Below, piece by piece: positions 1 to 12,394 of a stretch of 64,000 bases of DNA. Source of the stretch: Carcharhinus amblyrhynchos (Eukaryota); NCBI GenBank assembly GCA_965287045.1, contig OZ336878.1, positions 104,532,001-104,596,000 on the forward strand, read 5' to 3'. The stretch's first letter is position 1. The number at the start of each line of letters is the position of its first letter. The translations under genes were made by a program, and so were the position numbers. The notes under the pieces were generated by a model. That model was not told the origin of the DNA. It did no database searches and saw only the letters and a list, made by a program, of their open reading frames with translations.

Positions 1-262
1 TGGCTTGAATCCTGGGACTTTTGTTTGAAATCGGATTCTACGTTTTCAGTTGAGTTTTTCACAGGGCCGTCTGGCATCCAGAAAGCATATGATATATATC
101 TTGGGAAACACATTTTAGGGATGTTTTAAACTTTGGGTGACCGTTTGTATTCCGCGATGCCCTTTCAATGAAAGTCGCTACTGCGTAAAATCTGGAAAGT
201 ATCCATTGGTTGGGCAATCATCCGACAACGGCACAAACGAAGCAGCCAGCCACACGTACAGA
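1..262. repeat. Unique-looking segment duplicated at 6755-7019 (part of a local tandem duplication)
   Basis: Colinear match, e.g. AATCCTGGGACTTTTGTTTGAAATCGGATTCT and GCCCTTTCAATGAAAGTCGCTACTGCGTAA occur in both places. Confidence 0.95.
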
Positions 263-1074
263 ATCCCTATGATGAGGTTTAAATTAACGAAGCGTTTATT
301 AGTCATGAATAATTAAACGCTACTTGACATTAAAACACAATGAGCTCTTCGGACAGGCAATCCAAACTATTTCAAAGAAGCCGGTTATAAAGTACATTAT
401 AGACATAATTGGAACAATTGAACGTGTAAATTCGTTACCTAGCTTCCTTTAATGCCACAAAAGTGCCTCACAACTATAACAAAGCTCGTCCTTGAGCGGA
501 CTGACCTTACAAAACATTCTTAAAACAAACCATTGTTTAAAAGATCGGCCGTTCTTAACGAGGTTGTACGTTATAGCGATAGCGACCAATGAGTTTAGTC
601 ATCTGCTGAACGGGCTCAGCAGGGAGAGAATTCAGTACTAAACAACGCAGGCAGTCTGAAGAAGGCAATAAATGTAACGACATCCAAGGGTGCATGTCAG
701 GACTTCTGGACGGGATAAATTCACGGACATCCAAATTGATCTGTGAGGACTGAAGAAAGCACAACGGGAAGATACCATCTTAAGGAGGGAGCGATGCACA
801 TAGAGACGACTCACCCTTGCCACACCAAAGCATATCGGACTTCATTCCGCCTTTTCACCTCTGGGGGCGAAATGGAGTTGCAGGCGAAACGTGCACAACA
901 TTACACATTAAGTGCCTCGTCTAAGAGTTTAATTGGATGGCAGATTTCATAACCTCTCCCCGCACGGGGTACATCAACATATTCCTGGATGCAGCTCCCT
1001 GTGAATAAGAATGAGGTGGTTTTGCAATGCATTTTACTTGATTCCCGCTTTAAACATTCCTATGTGTATCTCCA

Positions 1075-1088
1075 TGTGTGTGTGTATG

Positions 1089-1121
<33 letters not shown>

Positions 1122-1180
1122 ACGGGGATGGGATGGGGGGTGGTGGCGGTGGGGAGGGGGGCGGGAGGAAGGCGGCGGAG
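1075..1180 (+). repeat. (TG)n microsatellite followed by a G-rich tract with G-quadruplex potential
   Basis: TG run about 1075-1119, then GGGGATGGGATGGGGGGTGGTGGCGGTGGGGAGGGGGGCGGG. Confidence 0.9.
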
Positions 1181-1489
1181 AGGTCTGATAGCGGCTGGGA
1201 AGGTCATAGCATTCCCCGATTCGTGAGAAGTGGCGTCCACTCACGCTTAAAATCATGGCTGCAAATCAACTAGAACCAGATAGGTAACGAACTAATAATG
1301 CACGGGATCAAATTTCAAGAGTCATAAAAAAAAGAATATAAATTTAAAAGGCAAGTATCTTTACTTAAATTAATGTTAATGCATTTATGAACAGTCAACG
1401 TTTGTTGTGATCTGCTGCACAACGGAAAACATGGCTTCTGCATCTACATTGTCGTGTACCGTCAAGATCCAAAACGTTATCGTACGATG

Positions 1490-1970
1490 ACCTCTCATTC
1501 ATCGAAACTCAAATGAACACATGCCCTGGCTGCACAATGTTCCTCATCATCGAAAGGATCCCATTCTGACAACCCGCCTTCTATTGTGTGAATCTTTTCT
1601 TCACTGCCGCAATAGCATTCCTTTCATTTCTTAAATGAGGTCACAAAAACTATGTATGGCACTCTAGGTGTGATCATACTACCACATTGTTCAACTGTAG
1701 CGAAGCAGGAATATTTGTATGCTCTATTACTTTGCAAAAAACGGCAAATTCCATTTCCCTTCAGAACCACTAATATTACCCGATTCATGAATTACGACAG
1801 GACAACTGGATCCCTCAGCCCCACAAGGTTCTAAAGTGCCTGGTGTAACCAATTCTCCACGTTTCACGAAGACGGGAAAAGTTCATTTCTCACGCAGTAT
1901 ATTGCATCTTCCATGATCGTTTCCACTCATTTAACGAATTTATACCTCATCGTAGATCCCTTATGTGAAT
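1490..1970 (-). mobile_element. Old, highly decayed CR1 LINE ORF2 fragment
   Basis: Reverse complement around 1630-1675 (CACACCTAGAGTGCCATACATAGTTTTTGTGACCTCATTTAAG) corresponds to the CR1 PHLEYCVQFWSPH-coding block. Confidence 0.65.
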
Positions 1971-2332
1971 ATCATCCAGCCTCCTCCAAATTAAGCACAT
2001 TAAATCTCTGCCAGCTCGTACTAAGCACTAGGAATTCACTTGCCTCCTAGTTATTAACCTGATAATCTTAAAATGCAACTTGATAACATTCGGGTTGTAA
2101 ATGCTTGAAAAAATTTAGCATGTGTGAAATTGAGGTGTATTATAAACTAATTTAAATATAGGACGAAAATGTAACAGATTACTACTAACGGTCACCGTTT
2201 ATGGATAAGATATTTCCCCTTCAGCGAGAATTAGGGAGGGACACATCACAAATGCTGATCAATGTAGTTACGTCTTAGGTCAACCAGCATCTTGTCGAAT
2301 CAGTGAATCGGCCACTAGAGATTGGAAAAAAT

Positions 2333-2950
2333 GTACATAGAACATAGAACATAGAACATTACAGCTCAGTACAGCCCTTCGGCCTTCGATGTTGCGCCGA
2401 GCTATGTCCAAACCCAAGGTCAAGCTATGCCACTCCCTATCATTCTGGTCTGCTCCAAGTGCCTATCCAATAACCGCTTCGATGTTCCAAAAGTGTCCGA
2501 CTCTACTATCACAGCAGGCAGTGCATTCCACTCCCCAACGACTCTCTGATTAAATAACCTACCTCGAACATCCCACCTATATCCCCCATCATGAACCTTA
2601 TAATTATGTTCCCCTGGAACAGCTACATGCACCCGAGGAAATAGTCTCTGCATGTCCACTCTATCTGTCCCCCTCATCATCTTATAAACATTTATTAAGA
2701 CGCCTCTCATCATCGTCCGCTCTAAAGAGAAAAGCCCCAGTCCCCTCAATCTTCCCTCATAAGACCTACCTTCTAATCCTGGCAGCATCCTGTTAAATAT
2801 CCTCTGCACTTTCTCCAAAGGTTCCCCATCCTTCTTATAGTGAGGTGACCAGAACTGCACACAACATTCCAAATGGGGCCTCACCAAGGTCCTTTATAGT
2901 TGCAAAATAACCCCACGGCTCTTAAACTCAAAACCCCTGTTAATAAACAC
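2333..2950 (-). mobile_element. 5'-truncated CR1 LINE (C-terminal ORF2, 3'UTR and tail)
   Basis: ORF 2420-2887 reads VRPHLECCVQFWSPHYKKD...GLFSLER...WNALP, typical of the CR1 ORF2 C-terminus. (ACATAGA)n tail at 2333-2360. Confidence 0.95.
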
Positions 2951-3499
2951 TATCTAGTCCTCTTCGTATGTTGTTTGGATATACCACTGAATTATCTCCG
3001 ATTATATTTTCCTTCATTTTTCTTTTTGGATCAATCGAGGATTGTTTGGAAACCCCTTCCACCATGGCCCACAATTTTGAATTGACTAATTTGAGGTATC
3101 AATCCGACGGCTGCATATAATTGCTGAATATTGTGTAAACAGTCATTATGATTCAGGGACGCTTTCCTAAATTATGTGTTTGAGAGCAACTGATACCAGA
3201 TGAATAGAAAAACAATTTAATTGGAAAATCTGAATTGTGATAGAGAGACTGAAGAAAGGAAATTAAGGCATTATCCAGAGGGGAACATAAAACGTAACAA
3301 TGTGATGTTTTACACTTATGCATCGGGAATATGTAATGACAGTTTTTTGATACCTACAGACAATTAAATAACTGAATTATACATTAAAAATATGTTGTGT
3401 CCTTTTGTAAACGTTCCAGGTCCCTGATTTGACATTCAAATACATCAGGGTTGAACTGTGCATGAAGTTCATTACGTTTTATTCTTTGTCAGCATTGAC

Positions 3500-3870
3500 A
3501 TCGCAAGCAAACATCTCGCTTCTGAATGACAAGTTCCTTGATTCAAGCCTTGCAGCAGGATTGATCACAATATGCTGCGTTGTGGTCAGATTGTAGTATA
3601 AAAAGGTGTTGCGCTGTTAGATGTACCGCTTGTTGAGACATTAAACTTGAAATCTCCTCTGGTGGATACTAACAAGCAGTTGCACCGTTTCGAAGAAGAG
3701 CAGAGAACTAACATTTACTGTCCAGGCCAAGACATATCCTTTAGTCGAACATCAACAAAAACAGACTAACTCGTTTTTCTGAAGTTGTTACTCGCTTATC
3801 CACAAATAGTATGGCAATGTCTGCACATGATTGTATTTCAAAAGCACCTCAATATTTGTCAGCTTAAAGA
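3500..3870 (+). mobile_element. Decayed DeuSINE (SacSINE1-like)
   Basis: Deu-domain-like blocks TGAGACATTAAAC, GGTGGATA, TTTCGAAGAAGAGCAG, TGTCCAGGCCAA, AACATCAACAAAAACAGA in consensus order. Confidence 0.7.
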
Positions 3871-4562
3871 CATAATTCAAATAAACAGAAAAAAATGCTT
3901 CTCTCTCTTTTAGTTAACGCTGTTTTCTTGGAATACAGTCATATAACCATTTACTATTCCGCTCAGTCTTCTGTTTATTAGCAACTGCGTAATGCTAGGC
4001 ACTCGATTATTCCCGAGTTTACGAAAGACTAAAAACTTGATCGTATATATTGAGTTAAGGGTCACTTCAAAAGGCTTAACACTTTTTTGGGGATCAGAAT
4101 AACACATTTGCAAATGATGGTCGCAAATCTCCTTTAGTTGCTGCTCGAACCTCAAATTTCGAACGAAGCCGCCTATACAGACCACAGTATTTTTTCACGG
4201 TTCTTGTAAGACACTTTAGTATTCTGGTGAATTTCAGGAGTGGAACATTTGTATATACTAAGAGCTAAAGAGAGTTTTGCATTAAATAGAATCCTCGAAT
4301 TTTCATATCAGTTTAGGCTGAGCCTTAATTTTCATGACTGGTATTTTTTAACTTTAAGAATGAAAAGGTAAGTTCACTCATTTGTCAGAAAGCTTATGAT
4401 TACAAACAGTAGCAAAAATACTACATTTTACAAATATGCATATGAAACGACAATGAACAGTTCCAACAAGAATAACAAATATTATTATTTTTTTCAACTT
4501 CCATCATCAATTTCCGTTTCCTTTCAAATCAGTGGAAAACATAAACTGATTTACTTTTATTG

Positions 4563-5490
4563 TGGGCAGAATCCCCCACAATTTGGGGCATGGCTAATAT
4601 ACAACGTGTGCTTTCAGTGGCCGCATCAATATGACCGGCCGTTGAAAAGGAATGTAAATGGAAGATATTTCGGAGTTGGGGGAATGCACATGGGGTCAGT
4701 TAACGAGGGGACAGGGCGTTTATTTTAGATACCTTGTGGGTGTGGCAGAGATCGGCAGGGTTGGGGGCCACAATTTGGAGAGTTCGGCATGGGGGTGGCG
4801 TCGAAAATCTGAAGTTTGGTGTGTCAGATATCAGAGCACATCGACATGGCGGGGCGCGGTGAGGGAGGGGGAAGCTGAGGTGGACATCAGGGGAGCTTTT
4901 TTAGAGGGGGGTGGTCATACCTTGAATGTTCAAAGGTATTAGACACTGAGGGTGTTTGGAATGTCACTCATTCTGGGAAGTCGTCACGAGGTTGGAAGCT
5001 GGGTTTTGGAGTATATTCCTGGTAATCGGGTGATTTTATTCTGGTCGTTCGGATGATTTTATTCTGATCCGATTGGAGGGCAGAGGATGGAAGCCAGTTG
5101 ACACAGTGTGTCGTCTATGGTGAATGGCGTCACTCTGATTTGCATTGGATCGGTGTGTTTGGGACGGGAATGCGCCATTCGGTCGCTCCGCTGGTGCTGT
5201 TTGTTTGGCAAATCGGTTCCTTTCCAGAGTCAGGTCGAGGATGTGTTGGGAAAATTCGTTGCGTTGACATTCAGGGTTGGGGAATAACTTTGATAATTTG
5301 GTGTGTGAGCGGGCGGACGTGATGCTGGGAGACGGTGAGTGGAGCGTACTGTAGGAATGAGAGACTTATGCTGGAAATTTACCGGCACGCACGCCCAGGC
5401 ATCGGCGAGGGCGAGACTCATTAAATGCATTCTCCATTGGACTCCGGTGGGATTTCACTACCCTCGGGCGGGCAAGGAGGTAAAATTTCA
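4563..5490. mobile_element. GC-richer degenerate interspersed repeat, possibly a non-autonomous DNA transposon relic
   Basis: Abrupt G-rich compositional block with GGGCAGAAT.. / ..AAAATTTC ends resembling abundant shark MITE-like elements. No clean TIR or TSD. Confidence 0.3.
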
Positions 5491-5689
5491 ACATTAGACT
5501 AGTCCAGTGCCGAAACCGGCATTCGTCTCGAATAAATGTTATGCAGAAATCAGATGTTGTTTCACTTATTCTATTTTTTCAGCTTATCTATCAGCATAAC
5601 AGTTCCAGAGCCCTGCGGAGTTAACACGTTCAACGTTTTATTCGATGATTCTCGAACACTGCAGTTGTCCAGTTGAAGTTGGACCATCA

Positions 5690-5873
5690 CCTCGCTGGCT
5701 AGGCATGCCCCTCTTGCTCATCCCGAATTTCCTCAAAATATCTTGAGATTGCAGCCCATGAAGTATAGGAATTTCCACAGTGCTGCTGGAGAGGAAATTT
5801 CAGAGTTTATACCCAGTGACAATTTAAGAATGGTGACATATTTCAAAAACATCATGACATATGTTTGTGGTTA
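5690..5873 (-). mobile_element. Decayed LINE 3'-end fragment (module A), paralog of 9041-9223
   Basis: CTCGCTGGCTAGGCATGCCCCTCTTGCTCA...ATCATGACATATGTTTGTGGTTA is shared with 9041-9223. It resembles the reverse complement of a shark CR1-group LINE 3' end also seen at 35470, 37820 and 62220. Confidence 0.7.
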
Positions 5874-6001
5874 TTGTCTGAAAGGTTTGCCTCTAGCAAA
5901 TTTTGGAGTGCCACCCAAACCCAACGTCGGGAGCCAGGCGTTTCCTTATTTTGTAGCATCTGGAGTATGGTGATTGTCCACATTAGAATGTCTATTTGTC
6001 A

Positions 6002-6200
6002 GGGCAGCGCTGTGGCATAGTTGCTAGCAGTGCTGCCTCACAGCGCCAGGGACACGGGTTCGATTCACAACTTGGGCCAGAGTCTGCGCCTAGTCTTCAC
6101 ATTCTCGTTGTGTCTGCGTGGGTTTCTTCCGGGTGCTCCAGGTTCCTCCCAGAGTCCAAAGGATGTGTTATTTAGGTGCATCGGCCATGCTCAATTCTCT
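6002..6200 (+). mobile_element. HE1-like tRNA-derived V-SINE, 3'-truncated
   Basis: GGGCAGCGCTGTGGCATAGTT (A box), GGGTTCGATTC (B box), V-domain GTGTCTGCGTGGGTTTCTTCCGGGTGCTCC. Confidence 0.9.
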
Positions 6201-6754
6201 TAAACAAAGAAATTGATGTAGCTGCACCTTAATTGCGTTTCAATTTTATTGACATTTTTCTGTCTATTTCAGCTTGCTTCTGCTCATCATTGACATCATT
6301 GAGAAGCAGTTTTACATATGCGATAATCTGAGACCGCTTTGGAACCTGTTCCTTGACTAACGAAGGTTAATTTATTCAGAATCATAAATTGTAATGCACA
6401 GTTTACCTTCAGCTGCCGCTGCTGAGCCTGTTCCAAATAAAACAACCAAACAGAAAAAGCAGGTCAGGAACCTTCTGATGTATTCATATCGTGTACATAA
6501 GATGGGAAAAGATTTTTTTTTCGAATTATCAGTCTAAACTGTAAATTGCAAAAGGAAACCATACTGTCCCCTTTCTGGAACTGCTCATTCAAAGCTTCGA
6601 TTTTTTTTACGTGTTTCCAGACTGATGTTCCATTTACTGGTAAATGTAAGCTTTCACTTGGTTTGGTTATGCTGCTGGTGGTGGTGGGGGTGGTGAAGGT
6701 GGCGCGGGGGCTGTCCTCCCATATTATATCGTCAGCGAACACAGCAATAAAAAA

Positions 6755-7746
6755 TGGCCTTAATCCTGGGACTTTTGTTTGAAATCGGATTCTGCGTTTT
6801 CAGTTGAGTTTCTCACAGGGCCGTCTGGCATCCAGACAGCATATGATAGATATCTTGGGAAACACATTTTAGGGATGTTTTAAACCTTGGGCGACCAAGG
6901 TTTGTATTTCGCGATGCCCTTTCAATGAAAGTCGCTACTGCGTAACATCTGGAAAGTATCCATTGGTTGGCCAATGATATTAGTACGGCACAAACGAAGC
7001 AACCGGCCACACGTACAGAGAAAAACCCCAGCTCCCTCAATCTTCCCTCAGAAGACCTACCTTCCAATCCTGGCAGCATCCTGCTAAATATCCTCTGCAC
7101 TTTCTCCAATGTTTCCACATCCTTCTTATAGTGAGGTGACCAGAACTGCACACAACATTCCAAATGGGGCCTCACCATGGTCCTGTATAGTTGCAAAATA
7201 ACCCCACGGCTCTTAAACTCAAAACCCCTGTTAATAAACACTATCTAGTCCTCTTCAAATGTTGTTTGGATATACCACTGAATTATCTTTGATTACCCTT
7301 TTTTTCATTTTTCGTTTTGGATCAATCGAGGGTTGTTTGGCAACCCCTTGATTCCTTGATTCAAGCCTCGGATTGATCACAATATGCTGCGTTGCGGTCA
7401 GGTTGTGCTATAAAAAGGTGTTGCGCTGTTAGATGTAACCGCTTGACCTTTGGGGTGCTACCCAAACCCAACGTGGGGAGCCAGAAGTTTCCTTGTTTCG
7501 TAGCATCTGGAGTATGGTGATTGTCCACATTAGAATGTCTATTTGTCAGGGCAGCACTGTAGCATAGTTGATAGCAGCGCTGCCTCACAGCGCCAGGGAC
7601 ACGGGTTCGATTCACAACACGGGCCATCGTCTGTGCCTTGACTTCACATTCTCGCTGTGTCTGCGTGCGTTTCTTCCGGGTGCTCCAGTTTCCTCCCAGA
7701 GTCCATAGGATGTGTTGTTTAGGTGCATCTGCCATGCTCAACTCTC
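6755..7746. repeat. Internally deleted tandem duplicate of 1-6200
   Basis: Four colinear blocks: 1-262=6755-7019, 2726-3058=7017-7349, 3534-3632=7352-7445, 5901-6200=7449-7746. Confidence 0.93.
7017..7241 (-). mobile_element. CR1 ORF2 fragment (duplicated part of the 2333-2950 element)
   Basis: N-terminal half of ORF 6813-7241: FINRGFEFKSRGVILQLYRTMVRPHLECCVQFWSPHYKKD. Confidence 0.92.
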
Positions 7747-7860
7747 CATCACTGTACGTGAATCGGCGCCACAGTATGCCGACTAGGGAATTTCAGAGTA
7801 ACCTTACTGCAGTGTCAGTGTAAGCGTACGTGTGGCACTAATAAATATACTTAAAACTTC
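7549..7860 (+). mobile_element. Full-length shark V-SINE (tRNA head, V domain, LINE-derived tail)
   Basis: Same head as 6002-6200 plus tail ...GTAACCTTACTGCAGTGTCAGTGTAAGCGTACGTGTGGCACTAATAAA, which matches the tails at 28945-29085 and 58521-58600. Confidence 0.88.
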
Positions 7861-8029
7861 ATTTGAATTGTCACCTTCTTTTAGTGTTTGCAGTTGTGTC
7901 GTTGTTAAGAGAAACACAGTGTTCCAAACAAAATATCAGGAGTTAGCGTGTTTTAACGTATGCCGTATGTACGCGCAAATTGAAAATGCCAGCAAGCATT
8001 CATTGCAATGATAGCTTATCAAGAACTGC

Positions 8030-8870
8030 AAGATAAATGTTTCGCTGCATACAGGGTACATATCTACAACTTGGTGGGCTAAATTTCAGAGAAATTTGGA
8101 CAATAACAGGAAGAGTTGAATATTCATTAAATCAGCGCAGTCTGTGAAGAATGTGAATAAACTTACAGCAATTTATTGATTTCAATGCTAGCTCAAACTA
8201 AAAGTCCATGCACATGATTTAACAGTAATAGAAAAGAGGAAAAATGCCAATTGGATCCAATGAAAGAAATAATAATCGAATCAGAGTTAACGACTGCGAT
8301 TTCTACGCAATACGAAGTGTTAAATTACTTATTTGTAATATTTAAAAGGTTTATGGACGAAATTGAACAGGAAGAGGACATAAGAATATCCAAATTGTAA
8401 AAGAAAACGGAGGAAACATTTTTGGATAATCACTTGATAAAATGGGGTACACTTGAGATGAACTCTGCGAAAAAGGCATGGAATTGCACCTTGCATTTGA
8501 CGTCTAGTGTGGGCCGGCATGGTGTGAGTTATTTTGCACTGACTTAAAAGAGCGAAGTATTGCTACTGGGAAGACTACATCTGAAATTCTATTCTCCTTG
8601 TTCAGGAACGAATATAATTACACTCGAATAATATTCGCTCTACTCTCCTGAGATCACGGGATTGTCACACGAGGGAAGACTTGAAAGTTTTGGCTTACAT
8701 CGATTCGAGACTAGAGGTGTTAGTTGCGCCCTGATTGGAAAGTGTAATATTCTGAGAGCCATTAGGGTGGATTCTGAAAGGATCCCCCACTCCCCGTATG
8801 TGAAACACTAAAATAAGAGGACATGGTTTATTAAAAAGACGTCTCTCGTTTAAATCGAACGTTAGTATTG
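8030..8870 (+). mobile_element. Very decayed CR1 LINE fragments
   Basis: 8645-8860 follows the CR1 3' ORF2 pattern (GGGATTGTCACACGAGGGAAGACTTG...TAAAATAAGAGGACATGGTTT). A second degenerate piece lies near 8370-8480. Confidence 0.55.
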
Positions 8871-9628
8871 ACTTCCCAAGACAACAATGGAGACAAGCGT
8901 CATGGCCGAAGAAGGATCAATGCCACATATGTGGATTAATCTATTTGCTCACAGGCAATCTGTGTCTGGTTGACAAGTACAAGTCTGGAGAGTTGCAGAC
9001 AAGCTTTATCTTTGCAGAGTGAGGGGTGGGGAAATGCTTTTCTCGCTGGCTAGGCATGCCCCTCTTGCTCATTCCGAATTTCCTCAAGATAATCTTGTGA
9101 TTGCAACCCATGAAGTATAGAAATTTCCATAGTGCTATTAGGGAGGTAATTTCAGGCTTTATACCCAGTGACAGTTTAGGAATAGTGACATATTTCAAAA
9201 ATATCATGACATATGTTTGTGGTTAATTTAATTAGACGTCATACCGGTTAGCTACAAAGGGATTGTTCGGATAATTACACACCGTTTAATCGGCAAGCAC
9301 ATTACATCTGGGAAGCAGATCCAAGCCAAACTGCAGCAGGATGACATATTTCCACTCCTTGAATTGCATCGATGTGCTATTTCCAGTTTTCAACATATGT
9401 TTCATGATCACTTTCACCAGATTGTAAAACGGAAACTTGATTACGTTGTCCCCCAATATTAGCCAGGACCATACTACTCCATTACTACTGGGCCTCCACT
9501 TCACTTGCGAGCCCGACTCTGATTTTATTGCGACTAAAGCTACAGCAGAAAACATTGCCAACGTAGTCAACAAGGCCCCTTAACATTCTCTTAGTTTCAG
9601 TCAACTGGCAGAATTTGAACATATCCGC

Positions 9629-10287
9629 TGTTATCGGGCAACAAATTTTATGAAATTGGGCACACAATATGGAACCAGGCTAAAATTACTCTCAGATCCT
9701 CTCCAATAAAAATCACAAAGTAACAGACACAGATTAGCAGGCAAGAGCATGCTTTTAGAATGCAAATGAAGGCTAGCACACAAAGGAAGCTGGACAGGAT
9801 GGCACCTACAGGAACTAAATTAAAAAAAACACACATCCCAACCCACTAAATCAGCACTTCTGAAAACAATCAAACACCCTGTGGAGATACTTAAAGATAA
9901 GCATAGCTAAGGAAGCATCTCTGGCCTCTCAAATTTCCAGAATAATCACACACCCATTTTTCAAACCCCGGAGATTCTCGACCATTAATAACCAATCAGA
10001 CAAAAACGATTAACACACACTTAAAACAATCGTCCCAACGCTTGAAAACATCGAGACAGGATGGCTAATGTCGAATGCTGTAAACAAAGTGTTAGCATTT
10101 GAATCGCATTCTACACCGAAGTTTAGGTATAACTATAGCCCGATGAGACGGGTCTTTAGAGTGCTTTCGGGACAGTCCGATTGTATGACCTGACTGCACC
10201 TCCGTCGACGTAAAAGAAAATAAAGTTGTGCCGTTATTGAACTTCACCCTGAGTCCGTCGTGGTCGTTTCGCCCAATCGCACTAACA
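9629..10287 (+). mobile_element. Solo LTR (659 bp) with 5-bp target-site duplication TCCGC
   Basis: Starts TGTTA (9629) and ends TAACA (10287). TCCGC at 9624-9628 and 10288-10292. AATAAA at 10219-10224. Absent from the homologous position in the other array copies. Confidence 0.9.
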
Positions 10288-10924
10288 TCCGCCATTACCA
10301 ATGGGCTTTCCTGTTGCCGCCGTTAGAATAAAAAAAAGAAAAATAAACTATTTTAATTACGTTTCTGTGAAACGTGGCTAAAATACATCAGCATAAACTG
10401 TGCACACCAAGATAGGAAGCCCCCCAAAAATTGCGTATTCGAATGTCAGCGGATGGTTGTAATTCACGGAGATTCCGTTTAATCATGAATTAACCTAAGG
10501 GTATATAAATTCCATATATCAGACAATTCACTTATTACCGCTTATTTGAGAAGTCTGAAAGATGTTTTGCATAATTGGGATCAATTGAAAACAATGATTT
10601 TTGGCATTTATTTGTCCATTAGCGTAAAGAAAGAAGTGAACAATGACATATGGGCGAATGAGCTAGCTAGTCGCCAAATAAAATTGACGTTAATAGAATA
10701 ACGTAGAGAGAAACATATGAGTGCCAACTGGCTCGAGACGTTTTCAAATTTATCACGGAATGACAAAATGACAGCAACATGGGGATTCTATGGCGTTCGG
10801 AGGTGCATGAGGCGCAATCATAATAGGAATCAGAATGACATTTTCTCTGGTGAATAGCTGTAGAAAACTAAAATTTATACGACACTCTCAGTGTGACTAA
10901 TTAGAAACAGGTGGTATTATTTCC

Positions 10925-10995
10925 AATTCTATTTGATTTGTTTTATTATTGCCATATGTATTAGCATACAGCGAAAAAAAGTATAGTTTGTTTAC
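10925..10995 (-). mobile_element. Short LINE 3'-tail fragment (Rex1-like), similar to 24915-24980
   Basis: TTTGATTTGTTTTATTATTGCCATATGTATTAGCATACAGCGAAA..GTATAGTTTGTT resembles the start of the 24910 element. Confidence 0.5.
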
Positions 10996-12394
10996 CCCAT
11001 TGTTACATACGTTCCAGAAAGCAGACAGTATATTTATGAGTGAATATGTGTGAATTCTGAATGTTGTTTAGCACAACCGGGATCAACTAATCAAAAACAA
11101 AACTGGGCATTTCATTGTACATTAGGGTAAACTAAAAAGTGAACAACAACAAATAAGCATGAAATAGTTTGGAGTCAAAAAAAGAAGTTAAATGAAAACA
11201 ATCAGGAACGATATATGACAGCCAACTAGCCCGACGGCAAAATAAGTGAAAATATGACTTTTCACTGGCTCCCATCGATGCACTTCGCACAATCATAATC
11301 TCTTCCAGCAGTTCCAAACACTTTCAAGCACTTTCGAAAAAGCTTCTGCCTCAGTCAAGTCATAAGAGGAGTTAGTGCACTTGCGGCCTTAATAGTAGTG
11401 AACGTATTAGCGTCCCCTCTTACGCACATAAATATGTACCACTCACTGGCTCAATTATCTATAAAATGTGACTGCATGTGTGCCATTAAAACATACAGTG
11501 AATTACCTTGTCAAGCATTTAGTTCAGCATTTCGAAACTCATATTTGCTACCCAGGATTAGTCTTTCTGCGGAATCTACGGTAGGCACTATCACTGTTCC
11601 AAGGGGGAAAAAAGTGGGTCCTGAAATACAGCATCATTCCCTCAGCGTCACTCACCGTAATTTGTAGATCTACGTTTGTAGCTGCTGCGGCCAACTGCAA
11701 CCGTTCAGCAGACAGGGAGACTTGTAGACTGGGGTTTTCTTTATTGGGGGTGGGGACGGGTGGGGGGAGGGAGGAGGGTGTGGGTAATGTTTCGCCGGTT
11801 AGGCCTGCCCATCTTGCTTATCTCGAATTTTCTTTCAGCAGGTGATGTTGAGACTGCAGTCCATGTGCGATTGGAATTCGCACAGTCTTGTTCGGGCGGT
11901 AATCCTTGGGTTTCCACCCAGTGACAGTCATGAGTCTCGGAGTTAATTTGATTCGATTTATTTCAGTTGGATACAACGAAATCGGTTGGATATTTAGACA
12001 GCATTTGAGGATAAAGTGTATTACATTGCATTTGGGAAGTAGATCCAGGCCAGACTAAATCGACATGGCACATGCCAACTCGGGAATGGCATAAGTGTGC
12101 TATGTGTGTTTTTGCAGAAATCAACAGATATTCATGATCACTTTCACCGGATTTATAAACTGAATCCAAACCCAACTGTGAAACTTGAAAGCGTTGCCAC
12201 CTGAATATAAACCCAGGTCTTACTCCAGTACACTACCTGTAGACCATGGCTTCCCCTTAGCTTGCGAGCCCAAGGCTGTGAGTTTAATGCAGTAAAAGTA
12301 TACCGGAAAACATCATCAGCGCACTGAAAAATTCCCCTTTATCTGCCAGAAATTTCAGTCAAATACATAATTTGAATATATCGTCCATTGCATT

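Noticed and set aside
905-935. miR-430-like seed (TAAGTGC)
   Set aside because: Seed is not AAGTGCT, there is no pairing arm, and it is not repeated.
989-1273. Overlapping ORFs with VCVC/HTHT and poly-Gly
   Set aside because: Translation artefacts of the (TG)n and G-rich tract.
4237-4373. Exon bounded by TTTCAG and AG/GTAAGT
   Set aside because: All three frames are closed. Isolated splice-like motifs (also near 26058, 55747, 59483, 59691) could not be linked into a gene, though a lncRNA cannot be excluded.
6002-6075. tRNA gene (A and B boxes)
   Set aside because: It is the tRNA-derived head of a V-SINE, as at 7549 and 58795. No cloverleaf.
6755-7746. Processed (spliced) retrocopy of a transcript from 1-6200
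   Set aside because: The missing intervals lack GT-AG ends on either strand, junctions show microhomology or filler, and they cut through TE copies.
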